NCBI RefSeq assembly: GCF_006345805.1
Contig: NC_043009.1
Coordinates: 49,786,001 to 49,850,000, forward strand
DNA: 64,000 nt
Source: Octopus sinensis
Taxonomy: Eukaryota
Reading direction: 5' to 3'
Position numbers and translations under genes: made by a program. Shown here piece after piece: positions 27,100 to 41,571 of the stretch (position 1 is its first letter; each line of letters opens with the position of its first letter). Below the pieces are notes generated by a model. The model saw only the letters and a list, made by a program, of their open reading frames with translations. It was not told where the DNA came from and did no database searches.

Positions 27100-28342
27100 T
27101 ATTATTTGAAGTATAACAAATTGAGAAATCTAGAATTATAATATTCAATTTGTCCTTCCTACTGAAAAGCTATTAAAGTAGTTTTTCTCTTTGGGCTCAA
27201 GAAAATAGCAGTATTAGCAATAACTTAGGGGTGAAATAAAAGGACCACATTGTAGTATATTGCAGAAACTGACCAGAAACATGTCTGCTATTATCAAGTT
27301 GTTCACTGTCATACTTCCTTATAAACTATATTCACCTTCTACCACCACTACGACCATTGTAATCATTGTTGTTGCTGTTTCCGTCACAACTCAGTTCAAC
27401 CACAATTATTAATTTTGCTTCTCTAACCTTTCATATTGTCCATTTACACCAAAATGACAACACAGCTCATTCCCTGAATCATTTCAAACTGACCATTGTG
27501 TTAGGCCACTACTCATAAAGTGTGACTATCTGAGAAAGCTAAATCATGAGGAAACATAACACCAAAGCAGACAATTTTCATTTTAGTTAAACATATTCAT
27601 TCTAGTCTAATATATAATGATGAAGACGAAATGAAATACTTTGTTTTTTTATGTGTATTAAAAATTCCTTTCTGGTTAGCCTTGTCAATAGCTTTTCTGG
27701 ATGCAGGAGGAACAAGATATAAAAGGGACATAATATTTACTGAACATAACAATATGGTGTAAAGCTTTAGAAGATATATGACTCCTATCCTGTCTCACAA
27801 GCTTTGTTAACACTATTAGATAAAAGTGGAATGGTGGTGGGGCGGGGTTTGAACCATGATGAGGTAATTTAAATAACAACAACAAAAGGCCAGAAACAGA
27901 CAAACTTGTTAATAAAGTCCCGAGAGGATTTTCAGAGAAAGATTAGTTTAGATTTGCTAAACTAAACAATGAGGAAACATGATGTGATTGGACAGAAATA
28001 GCATTGGTAAATTAGCTAGTTGGAAAACAGTGCTCTGAGAAAACTAAAAGGAAGTGGGAAGGAGGAGAGAGAGAGAGAGAGAGAGAGAGAAGAAAAAAAA
28101 AATAACTGCAAGAAAGCAGAAAGAAGGACAAAGAGAGAAATCGCATGCATTAAAATATTAAGGTATAAGGACAATGTATTCCCAAAGCAGGGATCACCAA
28201 GATGAGATTTCATACTGTAGGTAATTGACTCAATTTATCTGTGCATCAGGAATGCCATAATGGGTTTAGTTGTCATCACACACCCTCATCTAGCAGCAGA
28301 AGTTCTGGTGCATATATATATGCACATATATAATATATATAT

Positions 28343-28376
<34 letters not shown>

Positions 28377-28381
28377 GTATG

Positions 28382-28429
<48 letters not shown>

Positions 28430-28436
28430 TACTATA

Positions 28437-28508
<72 letters not shown>

Positions 28509-29741
28509 ATATATATTTATGCATGTGTGTTTGTGTGTGTGTGTATACATACTCACATACAAACTCCCACAAGCTCCCTCCATGTATAAGGAGTGTGGTG
28601 TAGTAGGAGGGGCAAGGGTACAGTAGAGACATAGGAGTATGTTGTAGGCAATTAAAAGATTTCATTGTGATGAAATATAGTTTTTTATCTCGGAAGAAGT
28701 TTGAACTTTAGATTTCATCAGTTAACGTAAGAAATATTTGTATACATGTGTATATATGTGTGTGTATGAGAGAGAGAGAGCGAAAAAGATTGTGTCTGTG
28801 TGGCTGTTGGAAACTTCTATATTATACATTAAAATAAAACTGTGATAGTTAACGTAGACAAAAGGATTAGTGAAGTGGGGATAATTATAAATCAAATTTT
28901 ATCCCACCCTGACACAACATTTCCAAATGACTGAAGAATGACAAATTTGCAAATGACTGTTTCTATTGCTGACCATTCCGAGTCTCTTTTAGTGTAAATA
29001 CTCTGTCTTCTATGTTAACCAGCAAACTAATCAACCAAGCAATGTGTGAAATATACTAACAATAAACTCCAAAATCAACTGTCAATGTGTGAGCTGAACT
29101 TAACCCTTTCATTTCCAATCATGCTTTCTAAAGATTACACGGCCTGCTCTCTCTTTCTCTCTCTCCTTTCTCTTCTCTCTCACTTTCTCTCTCCATTCTA
29201 GCTCCATAGTAACTATATAAACTAAAAATTTCCACTAGAAACTAAAAACATTTTTTTGTTGTAAGAAAAATGTAGACAATTTCAATTGCTTTAATGTGTT
29301 TCTTTCATTCTACAAAATACTGTATTTTCTAGCACACAGGACATCATAGTAAATAGCGCAAGCATGTAGTGTTAACATTCAAACCTCATCACTATTCTTC
29401 CAAACTCTGCTGCATTTCACATGAAATTTTTGATTCTTCAATATCGTCTTTGTATATGAGTTGACCTACCATTTTTGGCTGTAAATTTTGGCCAGAAAAA
29501 TTCAACTTGAATGCTGGAAAATATGGCATGAAAAGACTTAAAAAGAGGTGATCAGAGGGGTCAGTAGAAAGCCATAAGGACACAGGGCTAAGCCTGATTG
29601 ACCTACACTGGGTTACCTGAATGAAGGTGTATGTTGTAAGACCCAAAACATTCAGTAGCTCCAGTATACATCACTAGCAATATGTATAGTGTCTGCACAT
29701 GTAGTTTATGGAGAACAGAACAAATACATCCTGTCCACACT

Positions 29742-29975
29742 GTGAAGTGGTTGGCATTTGGAAGGGCATCCAGCTGTAAAAATCATGCCAAAACTGATCT
29801 CACCACATAAAGATCACTCAGTCAACTTTACAGGGTGGTTGGTGCTAGGAATGGCATCCAGCTGTAAAATCCATACCAAAACAGCCACAGTAACCTTGTG
29901 TAGTCTTCTACCAAGCCAGCTCCTGTCAAAACTGTCCAACCCATGCCAGCTTGGAAGGCAGATGTTAAATGATGA
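29742..29975 (+). mobile_element. RTE LINE 3' UTR fragments (duplicated GGAAGGGCATCCAGCTGTAAAA block)
   Basis: Two copies of the motif, then CCAACCCATGCCAGC...GATGTTAAA(TGA)n. Confidence 0.75.
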
Positions 29976-29990
29976 TGATGGTGATGATGG

Positions 29991-30030
<40 letters not shown>

Positions 30031-30684
30031 GATGATGATGATGGCAGTGGTGATGATGATGATGATGATAAATTATGATACATACAAGTTTGTATCATTT
30101 GTTCCTACATATGTTTCACCATTGTGGCTGTTTGGAATTCTGTACCAGATGCTCCAAGTGCTATTAGATGTTTAACTACAACAAATTTGTGTCAGGAACT
30201 CTTTATTGCATTTATTGCATTATGTTATAGAGAAGTAATCAATGCCCGGAGACAGATAGATGGCAAGACATTTATAGATATTTTGATATATATATAGAAT
30301 TCACTACCTTCAAGATATGCAAAGTTGAAATGGTTTAAATAAATCCCAAATAAAATAAGATATTAAATTTTTATAGATTTTTAATACTGAATTATAGGTT
30401 TTATATAACATACTAACTTATGCAAATGGTCATTTATTTGTTTACATTTTTTGCCTTAATTTTCTTTCTTAATTTACTATTATGCATTACTACTGGTGCT
30501 TAATGATAAAAGATTATTCACTGGACTAAATTTAAACATAATGTCCACTTTGCTTGAACAATTTTCACACTAATTATATTCTATACACACATATCCTCTC
30601 TCTCACACACTCATGTGTGTGTGTGTGTGTGTGTGTGTGTATACATACACACATACATACATACATACATACTACATACATACA

Positions 30685-30717
<33 letters not shown>

Positions 30718-31186
30718 GTACACATATATATATACATATACACACACACGCACATATATATATGTGTGTGTGTTAGCATTTGAAAACACCTGAAATTGTT
30801 GAAAATATAATCCTATAGCTGTTAGGTGTTTTACTGGAATGATGTAATCTAATTGAAAACTAATACAAATAATTGCTCAACAAAAACAAACATAAAAATG
30901 ATCGACTAAATTTTCTCAATGAACACTTCTTTGGGGAAAAAACAGATTTCTCCTTCCGTAAAAGACAGAAGAGGAAATCAATAAAAAAAGATAATACATC
31001 GAGTATCTATATTTTTTTAATATTTTCTTTACCGAAAAATATGCATTAGAATTTCCAATTTCACATAAAGCTACTAGTCTGATGAAAATGTATGTCACCC
31101 TTAAATATAGGAAACTCTCGTCTTTTAGTTGGTTGTTGTTGTTTTGTTGTTGTTGATGTGTGTGTGTGTGTGTGTGTGAGAGAGAG

Positions 31187-31720
31187 GAGAGAGAGAGAGA
31201 GACAGGAGAAAGAGGAAAGAGAAGTGAGAGAGGAGAGAGAGACAGACAGACAGGAGACAGATATATAGAAAGACAGACAGATAGACATAAGAGAGAGAGA
31301 GAGAGACAGGAGAAAGAGGAAAGAGAAGTGAGAGAGACAGACAGACAGGAGACAGATATATAGAAAGACAGACAGATAGACAAAAGAGAGAGAGAGAGAG
31401 ACAGGAGAAAGAGGAAAGAGAAGTGAGAGAGGAGAGAGAGACAGACAGACAGGAGACAAATATATAGAAAGACAGACAGATAGACAAAAGAGAGAGAGAG
31501 AGAGAGAGAGACAGGAGAAAGAGGAAAGAGAAGTGAGAGAGGAGAGAGAGACAGACAGACAGACAGGAGACAGATATATAGAAAGACAGACAGATAGACA
31601 AAAGAGAGAGAGAGAGAGACAGGAGAAAGAGGAAAGAGAAGTGAGAGAGGAGAGACAGACAGACAGATAGGAGACAGATATATAGAAAGACAGACAGACA
31701 GATAGACAAAAGAGAGAGAG
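31187..31720. repeat. composite purine-rich minisatellite, 5 units of 95-110 bp
   Basis: CAGGAGAAAGAGG anchor at 31203, 31307, 31402, 31512 and 31620. Confidence 0.92.
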
Positions 31721-32834
31721 AATAAGAAAACAAAAGAGAAACTGTGAGCATGAGAGAGAGAGAGAACGAGAGAGAGAGAGAGTGGGGGGGGGAACTGACA
31801 AGGCAGTTATAACTTGTAAAATAAATATCTGATTTGATAAGGCACCTGTATTTCTTTTATGATACACCTTTACTTGAAATGCTAACCCTGAAGGCATCAA
31901 TCTATTCAGAGAGTTTCGAATGTACAGGTCTCTTTAATTGGCTGTATTCTACTTAATTTGTGACCTATTGTGGTTAAATGTGCAGATCAAAAGCAAAGAG
32001 TTTACGAAAAATACTCTTGCAGTTTCCAACTATCACTTTATTATTTTCGTTTTTCAAACCACTAAATAGAAAAATAGGAGGAAAACAATCATGCAAAAAT
32101 AAACAGATATAAAAGGAAGGATCAGTTTTCTGAGCAATAGCTGTCATTGCGTACTTGGTGATATTTGGTGATGAGCATGGGAATTTGGTGGAACCAAGAA
32201 CAAACTAATTTCAGATCAAGGCAGAAAAATAATCAAAAATAAACAATAAAAAAAATATATATATATACCCCCCAAAAATAAACCTCATCACCATGAAAGA
32301 TACAAAAAGAAAAACAAATTAGCCATACACAATACAACAAAGCAGTGATGGCAATGGAAAATAATACAACTACAGAAGTAAACAACAATAAAGAAGAAAA
32401 AAAATGTCATCAGATTTTCTGTAGAATCCCCCACCAAACCCCCAAAATCTGAAATGATGTAGCTAGTGGCAGGAGATTGAAAATGTAACTGTCCCATCAT
32501 TGGTGCAGATTTCACATAAGGTTTTGGTAAAACGCAGCTCAGTCAGTGCTGACACAAGAGGTGTCAAACTTCTCTACTGGGACTTCAGCAGTGAGAATTA
32601 AACCCTCGCTGACCTCTTCAGTTTTGAAAAATATATAAATGAGATAATAGATAAATAAATAAATAATAATAATAAAAAATATAGTGATTTGGCAATGAAA
32701 GGTCATGTGCATATATGTTTGTGGATACACAGATATTGATATGGGTGTGTTAACAGAGATGTATATAGCAGACAAAAGGAATGTTTGTGTGTGCGAGCAT
32801 GTGTGTATATGTGTGCGTCTGTGTATGTACATGT

Positions 32835-32872
<38 letters not shown>

Positions 32873-33000
32873 TAGAGAGAGAGGTAAAGAGAGAAAGAAA
32901 TTATATATATGCATATATATATAAAGCTACTTACATATCCAAATGTATGTGTGCATGAGTATATCTATCTATCTGTCTGTCTGTCTATCTATCTATATAT

Positions 33001-33896
33001 GAGGTCTGATCAATAAGTATCCGGACTGTTGTCATAGTAACGAAGCTAAAGTATGCAGAGTGAAACTGCTTGGCAAAGATTGACCTTGAACTCTGTTGTA
33101 CATGTGCACTAAGTTTTAACATTCTAGCTCGCTTCTGCTGTTTGCAGCAGTGCTTGAAAGGAATGTGTGTAGCATGTGATTGTCACATTGATCATAACAG
33201 AGAAAGGTATCATGGCAATACCTGCTCAGAGGCCTATGCAAAGTTGCAGAAAGTGTATGGAGTGGGGTGTATGAGCGACACACAAGTGTACAAGTGGTTC
33301 AGACGTTTCCATGATGGCCAAAAAAATGTTGATATTGTTTAATGTTCTGGGAAGCCCGCAACCAGCAGAACTAAGAAAAAACATCACAGATATACATGCA
33401 GCTGTGAGAGGAAATTGTCAAATCACCATCCGTGAGTTATCAGAGGACTTGTAGATTAGTTACGGTTCAGTTCAGTCCATTATCACTGAAGATTTGGGTA
33501 TGAGATTCGTGTCTGCCAAGTTTGTGCCACAACAGCTTTCAGTTGACCAAAAAGACACTTGGGTTTTAGTCGCACAAGATCTCCTTGATTGTGTTGAGAA
33601 TGATGAAAACCTTTAAAAGATTTGCACAGGCCCCTGAGCAGGTATCACCAAGCTTTTGGCAAAATTTGATGCAGATTCTCTGATCAACTTTCTCTGTCAT
33701 GGTCAATACGAGGATCACACATTACATTGCACACCTTCCTTCCAAGCACTGTTGTAAACAGCAGAAGTGAGCTAGAACATCAAAACTTAGTGCACATGCA
33801 TACCAGAGATCATGGTCAATCTGTGCCAAGCAGCTTTACTCTGCACACTTTAGCTTCGTTATTATGGCAACAGTCTAGATACTTATTGATAAGACC
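33001..33896 (+). mobile_element. mariner derivative with about 240-270 bp inverted arms and N-terminal transposase remnant
   Basis: TIR GAGGTCTGATCAATAAGTATC after TA; pseudo-ORF TCSEAYAKLQKVYG...TQVYKWFRRFHDG...ITIRELSEDL*ISYGSVQSIITEDLGMRFVSAKFVPQQL (HTH region plus WVPxxL-like motif); outer 60 nt of the arms match 52/60. Confidence 0.92.
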
Positions 33897-33935
33897 ATAT
33901 GTGTATGTGTGTATATATATATACATATATATACA

Positions 33936-34083
33936 CACTTAGAGGTTCAGTAAAAGAGATCAATAGAATAAGTACCAGACTTTAAAAAATAAGTCCTGGG
34001 TTTGATTCATTTGACTAAGAAATACTTCAAGGTGTTGCCCCAGCATGGCCACAGTCTGATGACTGAAACAAGTAAAAGGTAAA
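33936..34083 (+). mobile_element. SINE family A 3' part
   Basis: GATCAATAGAATAAGTACC ... GACTGAAACAAGTAAAAG. Confidence 0.75.
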
Positions 34084-34995
34084 ATATACATAGAAGACAC
34101 CTAAGGTACTACACAGTGTGAACAAATGCAGAAAACTCTTGATGAAAAGGCCAATTTTTCAATCAGTTTGCTACATGCTTGTATAATTTAGACACACATA
34201 CACGCCACTATGTATCATATAAGAAGTTTCCCATATTGGAAAGAATGGAATTGTTTTGAAAAACTCATGAGTTTCCACACTTTTCAAACAACTGCTTTCT
34301 TTTTAAATTTGGAAGTGTTTCTGACCACTGACCTTCAAGCAAGTGAAAACCAAAACCTAATTAGTGATTGTTAATGATTGATAATAGTTATTTCCAAGCA
34401 GACAAATTACTTTGTTTCACATACACACACACACACAGACCCCCCACCCCCAATTATTTCCCTGGACATACATTTAACTGTTTTGTGGGTGATGATAATG
34501 ATAATGTCTTTAATTTTAAAGAATTAAAAAATGGAAAATAAGTAAAGTGGGCCTATGGCATTTATTTAGAAAATTCAGGTGAAAAGAAGATAGCTGCATG
34601 ATATAAGCAAAAAGCAAAAAAGAAAAAAAAAGAAAATCTCAATTAATTGAAATTGTCCTCTTAATTGAAGAAAGGAAATTAAAAAATTTAATTATAATTA
34701 TTACCCAGCATTAACAATTACTAACTAGATTTTGGTTTTTCCCTTCGCAATTAGTTGAGAATTTTTTGCTTATATCATTCTTTTATGTAATGACAATGTC
34801 TGAATTAATCGCTTTCTTGTAGTCAGTGGGATTATCAACTGGTGCCAACTAATGGTTCGTAATTTAGAAAGAAGGTTAGCAATTTTGAAGAGTAGTGGTT
34901 GTCAGTTAGATTGACTCCAATATTTGTATTTCTTTTTTATTGACTCACAACAGCGATCTCAACATGATTTGAACACAGTGTACAGAGCTTGAACC

Positions 34996-35215
34996 AATAC
35001 CTATTTCTTTATTACCCACAAGGGGCTTAACACAGAGAGGACAAACAAGGACAGACACACGGATTAAGTCGATTACATTGACCCCAGTGCATAACTGGTA
35101 CTTAATTCATCGACCCCGAAAGGACCTCGGCGGAATTTGAACTCAGAACGTAGCAGCAGATGAAATACGGTTACACATTTCACCCAGCGTGCTAACGTTT
35201 CTGCCAGCTCGCCGC
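34996..35215 (-). mobile_element. SINE family B with internal deletion
   Basis: Reverse complement of B; lacks the TGAAAGGCAAAGTCGA segment. Confidence 0.9.
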
Positions 35216-35734
35216 AAAGCAATTATTCTAATGTTCTAATGAGTCTACCAATCCACTCATAACTGTTGCCAAATAATGGCAATACATCTTAGCTTTTGTA
35301 AAAACCTTATGAAGTTTTCTTTTAATTGGAGCTTGAATTTGTAACTAGATTTGTAGGGTTGCCAAAGACCATAGAGAATGAGATGAATTATAAGTAGAGC
35401 AATAACACATAACATTTTTAGCCCAACAAAAAGCATAAATGAATATTAAACCCCAACCCTGGAGACTGGGGTAATACTTGATGAAGTCTGGTATTACTGA
35501 GTTAAGTGGATGGGAAATAATTTGTTTCTACCTCACCGGCCTTGAGTCTGTCATAGGTAACACTTACAGATAAGTTGGTACCTACACTGCAACAGACAAC
35601 TCAACAGAGGCATGTTGAACTAAAGGTACACGCACAGATATATAACAAAACATTACATGCAGTTGATTTGAACCCACGATCTATGAGCTATTAGACTAAC
35701 AACATTTCATACTGAAAAAAGAACAAAATTCCTT

Positions 35735-35955
35735 CCTGAGTCACAGGCTTATAAGGCTAGTTCCCCAGATTCTGTGGTGTATAAATTTTCCCACTGGACA
35801 GGACACTTGTCCATCGCATGATTACTCATTTTTGACAGCTAAGTGGATTAGATCAACATGAAATGATGTTTCGCTCATAAACACAATGAACTGCTTGGTT
35901 CAGAAATTGAAACCACAATCTTACAATCATGAGTGCAATACTTCAAATCATGAAG
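35735..35955 (-). mobile_element. degenerate tRNA-derived SINE, family G
   Basis: AATTGAAACCACAATCTTAC (reverse B-box region) and CAGCTAAGTGGA...ATGAAATGA body; related copy at about 62505-62695. Confidence 0.5.
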
Positions 35956-36158
35956 ACAGGCATCTCCGCAACAAGCAATATCTGTCTGTCTGTCTATCTA
36001 TCTATTTAAAAAATTTTAATAATCTATATCAAATATGCACACACACACACACACACACACCACACACACACACACACCTATTTATTTATATATAATAACT
36101 ATATGTATATACATACACACATATATTTATGTATACATATATGTATATACACACACAC

Positions 36159-36197
<39 letters not shown>

Positions 36198-36563
36198 ACC
36201 ACATGTATATATATATAGACATATATATATAGTCACATACAACCAGAGGCCATTAGGCATTATGGAAAGACTGAAGCAAAAGGTTTTTATTGCCTGGCTG
36301 GCTGCAGGCAATACAAGTAATATAGGAGGAGAAGGAAGAGAAAATTAGGACTCCCGGAACAATCCATTCTGTAGCAGTATATTGAATATCATAAAATATA
36401 TTTTAAACAAAAGAGAAAAACAAAAACTGTAAGAAGACCGAAAAATATAATATATATCTTTAAAAATAAAAAAAAATGAAAACGTGAAATAAAAAGGTTC
36501 TGTCTTTATCAGTTTTGCTTGCGGTGTCTTTCTATTTCCCTTGTGATTTCTGTTTGCACTTAC

Positions 36564-36621
36564 TGCATTTCAAATCTATTTCCCTTGCATTGATGCACAT
36601 CTGATCACTATTTGATACGAC
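36564..36621 (-). CDS. candidate internal coding exon (58 nt, VVSNSDQMCINAREIDLKC)
   Basis: Acceptor tcttcccatcatttccaacag, donor GCA|gtaagt, one open frame; no homology recognised. Confidence 0.3.
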
Positions 36622-36800
36622 CTGTTGGAAATGATGGGAAGACTCATTTATTTGTCATTGGTTTACTGAAAACTATTTGTTTCATAGATATGGGGTTTTT
36701 TAATGATTTTTTATTTCTCTCTAAGAGAGATGAGGGAAGCTTTTGTATTATACACCTGAACTGATTTTATGGTTAATACACACACACACACACACACACG

Positions 36801-36868
<68 letters not shown>

Positions 36869-37184
36869 GGTATGCTTGGGCTTGGTTTTAAAGTATTTTG
36901 TGGTCAAACTTCTCTTAGGAGAGGTCTATGTGCTAAATTTTCCTCTTCATAAATTGCTGATCCAAAACGAAAGTATAAATTCAGATAATAGCATTTTATA
37001 GATAGGACAGATAGGAACAAAGGAAGAAAGGCAGAAGAGACAGACACAAAGGTAGACAGACTAGATATACAACTCTATAATAATTTAGATAGCTGGACAC
37101 AGAAATGTATATATGTGTGTGTGAGAGTAACCATGTAAATCTTCTAAAACAAGAAACTGTTCACCCCTTCTTCTCTTCCTTCTG

Positions 37185-37412
37185 CACTGGCTTTTTTAGT
37201 CTTTTGAGCTGCATGGTAACCTCACTAGCACTGGTGGCATGAAAAAGTGCCCAGTATAAAATGGTTGGTATTAGCAAGAGCATCCAGCTGTAGAAACCAT
37301 GCCAAAGCAGACACTGGAACACAAAGGGGTCCAAGGTCCCATTAGATCTTGCCAAACGATCTAACCTAAGCCATCTTGCAAAAACAGATTTTAAATGATG
37401 ATGGATGATAAT
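37185..37412 (+). mobile_element. RTE LINE 3' UTR fragment (diverged)
   Basis: GAGCATCCAGCTGTAGAAACC and TTAAATGATGATG tail. Confidence 0.7.
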
Positions 37413-37877
37413 GAATATATTTATGCACAACACAGACAAGCAGAAAAATACATATATGCATATATATATGATACTATTATGCAGATGCACAGGTGCACGT
37501 CTGTAGTTATATATGCCCCTCTGTGCATATATATATATATGCATTGATTATATATATGTGCATATGCAAGCATGTGCATAAAACAGTTCAGTATTAATCT
37601 ACCTAGCTATTCATAACTTTATCTGTCTATCTATCTATATATATATAACTATAAATGTGCTTTTATATCCAAATTTATATTTTCATTTTTGGACTGATCT
37701 TAACACCTGACAATTTGTGAAGTTGAAACTTTGGCAGAGGCATCCTTCTAAGAGATATATGACAGTGAAATACTTAAAACCAAGATCAGGCATACATAAA
37801 GTATGAAATGAGCTCAGGTGTGTAATACAAAGTCTTCTTCATATCTTAACCTCTCCATCAAAAAAACATATCCATGA

Positions 37878-37948
<71 letters not shown>

Positions 37949-38013
37949 GATATAGATATACACACACACATGTATATTTATATATATCCATGAAACAAAT
38001 ATATATATGTATA

Positions 38014-38057
<44 letters not shown>

Positions 38058-38064
38058 AATACAC

Positions 38065-38095
<31 letters not shown>

Positions 38096-38277
38096 AATGG
38101 CTTATAAACACCTTCCATGCTGCAAGTGCATGTGTGTAAGCATATATATAATTATATATATGTGTATACCTATATATACACACTCACACATATATACATA
38201 TACACAATGATATATACAAATATATGCTTGCATAGCAAAATGCAAAATTAGTTGATAGACTAAGTTGGATGGCGAGT

Positions 38278-38353
<76 letters not shown>

Positions 38354-39239
38354 AGCAGTTTAAGGTAGATATAGAAAGACAAAAGAAATATGCAGTAAGA
38401 TGCATGTGAGAGAGATGAAGGAAACGCGATGGAGAGAGACGGAATGACAAAGTGTGTGTATGAGTGAGGAGCTGGCGAACGTTAGAAAGACAGGGGCTTT
38501 AAGAGAGAGGATAAGTGGCGGGCAGAGTAAGATTGAGAAAGAGAGATAGATGCGTGCATATGAATATATGTGTGTGGCTGTGTGTACATATAAGTAGGTG
38601 CGAGTGAGATTGTATATACCTGTGTAAGTGTGTGTGTGTGTGTGTGTGGATTCTACAAAAGTCAAGAGTGAAGAGTGTTGTATACTGCTGCCATAGTCAA
38701 GTCGATACCATCTTTTAGATTGAGGAAGCCCAAGTGTATAGGAGAAAGAAGAGATAAAGGTAAAAGAAGCAAAAAAGGAGGGAAGCTGAAGTAAATGACA
38801 CATTTCTATGTCTGTGTCGTCGTTGACGTCACCTTCATCATCATCATCATTATCATCACTGCCATCGTCATCGTCATCATCGTCATCGTCATCATCATCT
38901 TGCGAAAGAAAACTAAGACGATGATGAAAATCTATTGGATGACTGGCTGCAGGCAATATATGTCAAATTTGATTTTGATTATTTTGTGTTTCTTTTCTTT
39001 TTTTTTTTTTTTTTACTTTTCCTACTGCTTATTGAATGAAAGAGAAATTCTGAAAGTTACAAGGAACAGTAGAAGTGGTGGTGGCGATGGTTCTGGTGGT
39101 TCTGGTGGTAGTATTAGTAGTAAATGTAGTTGTAATAGTAGTAGTAGTAGAGAGATACAGGTACACAGAAACAAAGAGAATTATAGAGATAGACTAACAC
39201 ATAGATACAGAGATGAGTGCCTATGCATATGAATATATG

Positions 39240-39363
39240 CATGTTTCTGAGTGAATATGTGTAGATGTGTGTGTGTGTGTGTGTATGTATGTATTATGTA
39301 TATATATATAGATGCATGTATACATACACATATATATACATACATACATATATGTGTGAATGA

Positions 39364-39398
<35 letters not shown>

Positions 39399-39463
39399 TA
39401 TATATGCACATATATATATATATGCATATATATGCACATATATATATATGCATATATATGCAC

Positions 39464-39494
<31 letters not shown>

Positions 39495-39840
39495 ATATAT
39501 ATATATACTATATATGCATATATATGCACATATATATATATATATATATACATATATGTATATGCACATATATATATGTACACATACACACACACACACA
39601 TATATATATATATGCATTTACATATATATATGTATATTACAGATCTTTATGTATGTGCATACATACAGACATACACACACTCATATATAATATATGCATG
39701 TGTGTCTATGCTGCATATACCTATATGTGCTTGCATGCGTTTACGCATGATGCAACACACACGTATATATATATATATATATATACATACACACAGAATC
39801 AGAAGGAGGAAAAGAGGTGCAGCAGAAAGAGATAAAGACA

Positions 39841-39878
<38 letters not shown>

Positions 39879-39880
39879 AG
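39240..39880. repeat. (TA)n-derived array with TATATGCATATATATGCACA higher-order units
   Basis: Direct reading. Confidence 0.93.
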
Positions 39881-40219
39881 ATGGATGAGAAGAAATGTGT
39901 AAAAAGGCAAGGATGTGAAAGATGAATGCATTCGTTTGAAAGAGAGGATGAGTCATCGTACATAGTAAGAAACATAGTATGGGAGAGAGTGAGAGAGCGA
40001 GAGTCAGACAGAGATAACACACTAAGAATGATGTAGACGAGTTTATAGCCCTTTAATAGTACATCTCAACAAAGCTGTAATAGAGCTGTATAGGAGAATG
40101 AATGAGTGAGTGGAAAAGAGAGTAAAAGGAGATTTACATAGCTTCACATGTGATATAGAAGAGTTTATAGCCCTTTAATATTATATATATTGTATATTAC
40201 TGTGCATACAGACTTTGTA

Positions 40220-40704
40220 TGTTATGTAATTGAGCTGATTATATATGTATGCGTGTGGGTGTGTGTGTATGTATATATATATATATGTATACATATGTAT
40301 ATATATAATATATATATGCATATATACATACATATATATACATATATATATGCATATACACATATATATACATATATATATATGCATATATACATATATA
40401 TATATATATATAGATATATACATATATATATGCATATATACATATATATATGCGCATATATACATGCATATATATACACACACACACACATATATATATA
40501 TATGCATATATACATACATATATATACGCATATATATATATATATATAATGCATATATACATACATATAATATATGCATATATGCATATATACATATATA
40601 TATATATATATATGCATATATACATACATACATATATATATGCATATATACATACATATATATATATATAATATATGCATATATATATATATATGCATAT
40701 ATAT

Positions 40705-40764
<60 letters not shown>

Positions 40765-40775
40765 ATATGTATATA
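40220..40775. repeat. (TA)n-derived array with TATGCATATATACA units
   Basis: Direct reading. Confidence 0.93.
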
Positions 40776-41261
40776 ATATTGTTTTCTATTTTTTCTTTTA
40801 CAACCTAACAAATGTGATATAGAGTAGAATGGAGAGGTTTTTATTGAAGAACAAAAATAAAGAAAAAAGACAGCAAAGTCCAGTATACACACAGAATTTT
40901 CCAAGTAATGTTAGATTTTCATAGTATAGAAGATAAGGCAGTTGTATAGATAATGTTTTAAGAAGAGAATACATAGAGGTGAGTATGATATCCCTGTATT
41001 CCTCAATTATATACACCCACATACACGCACATGCACACACACATGGAGATGTATGCACACTCTGCACGTACAGTTTATAAAGCAATATTACATAGTTGAT
41101 TGGAATGTATATGCAATATTGATATAATATGAAAGATTACAATATAGGTTGTTATTGTTCGAAAATAATAATAATAATAATAATAACAATAACAATAACA
41201 ATAACAATAATCGTCGTCGTCATCGTCGCCGTCGTCGTTGTCATCGTCATCATCATCATCA

Positions 41262-41307
<46 letters not shown>

Positions 41308-41571
41308 GGTCATGTTGCTGAAGATTGATCTGTGGATTCTCTTGGACCACTTTGCATGAAATAATATTCATCAATTCCTCTCCATCTTCCCATGGTTTTA
41401 GGCTTTTGGGAATGAAAAGTTTTTTTTTTCTTTTTGCTTTTCTTTTTGGAATGCCGGATTACATACATGACAATTTAATTTTTTTATTACTCCTTCATGA
41501 GGGAGAGAAGGGTGGTGCCCAGAACCATTTTTAAATAATTTTATTTATGTATTTATTTATTCATTTCCAAG

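Noticed and set aside
31187-31720. Regularly spaced repeats as a possible CRISPR-like array (also 56277-56500)
   Set aside because: No unique spacers, eukaryotic context and no cas genes; these are plain tandem repeats.
30916-31900. 155-279 aa Ser/Leu-rich ORFs
   Set aside because: Frames of the purine-rich minisatellite.
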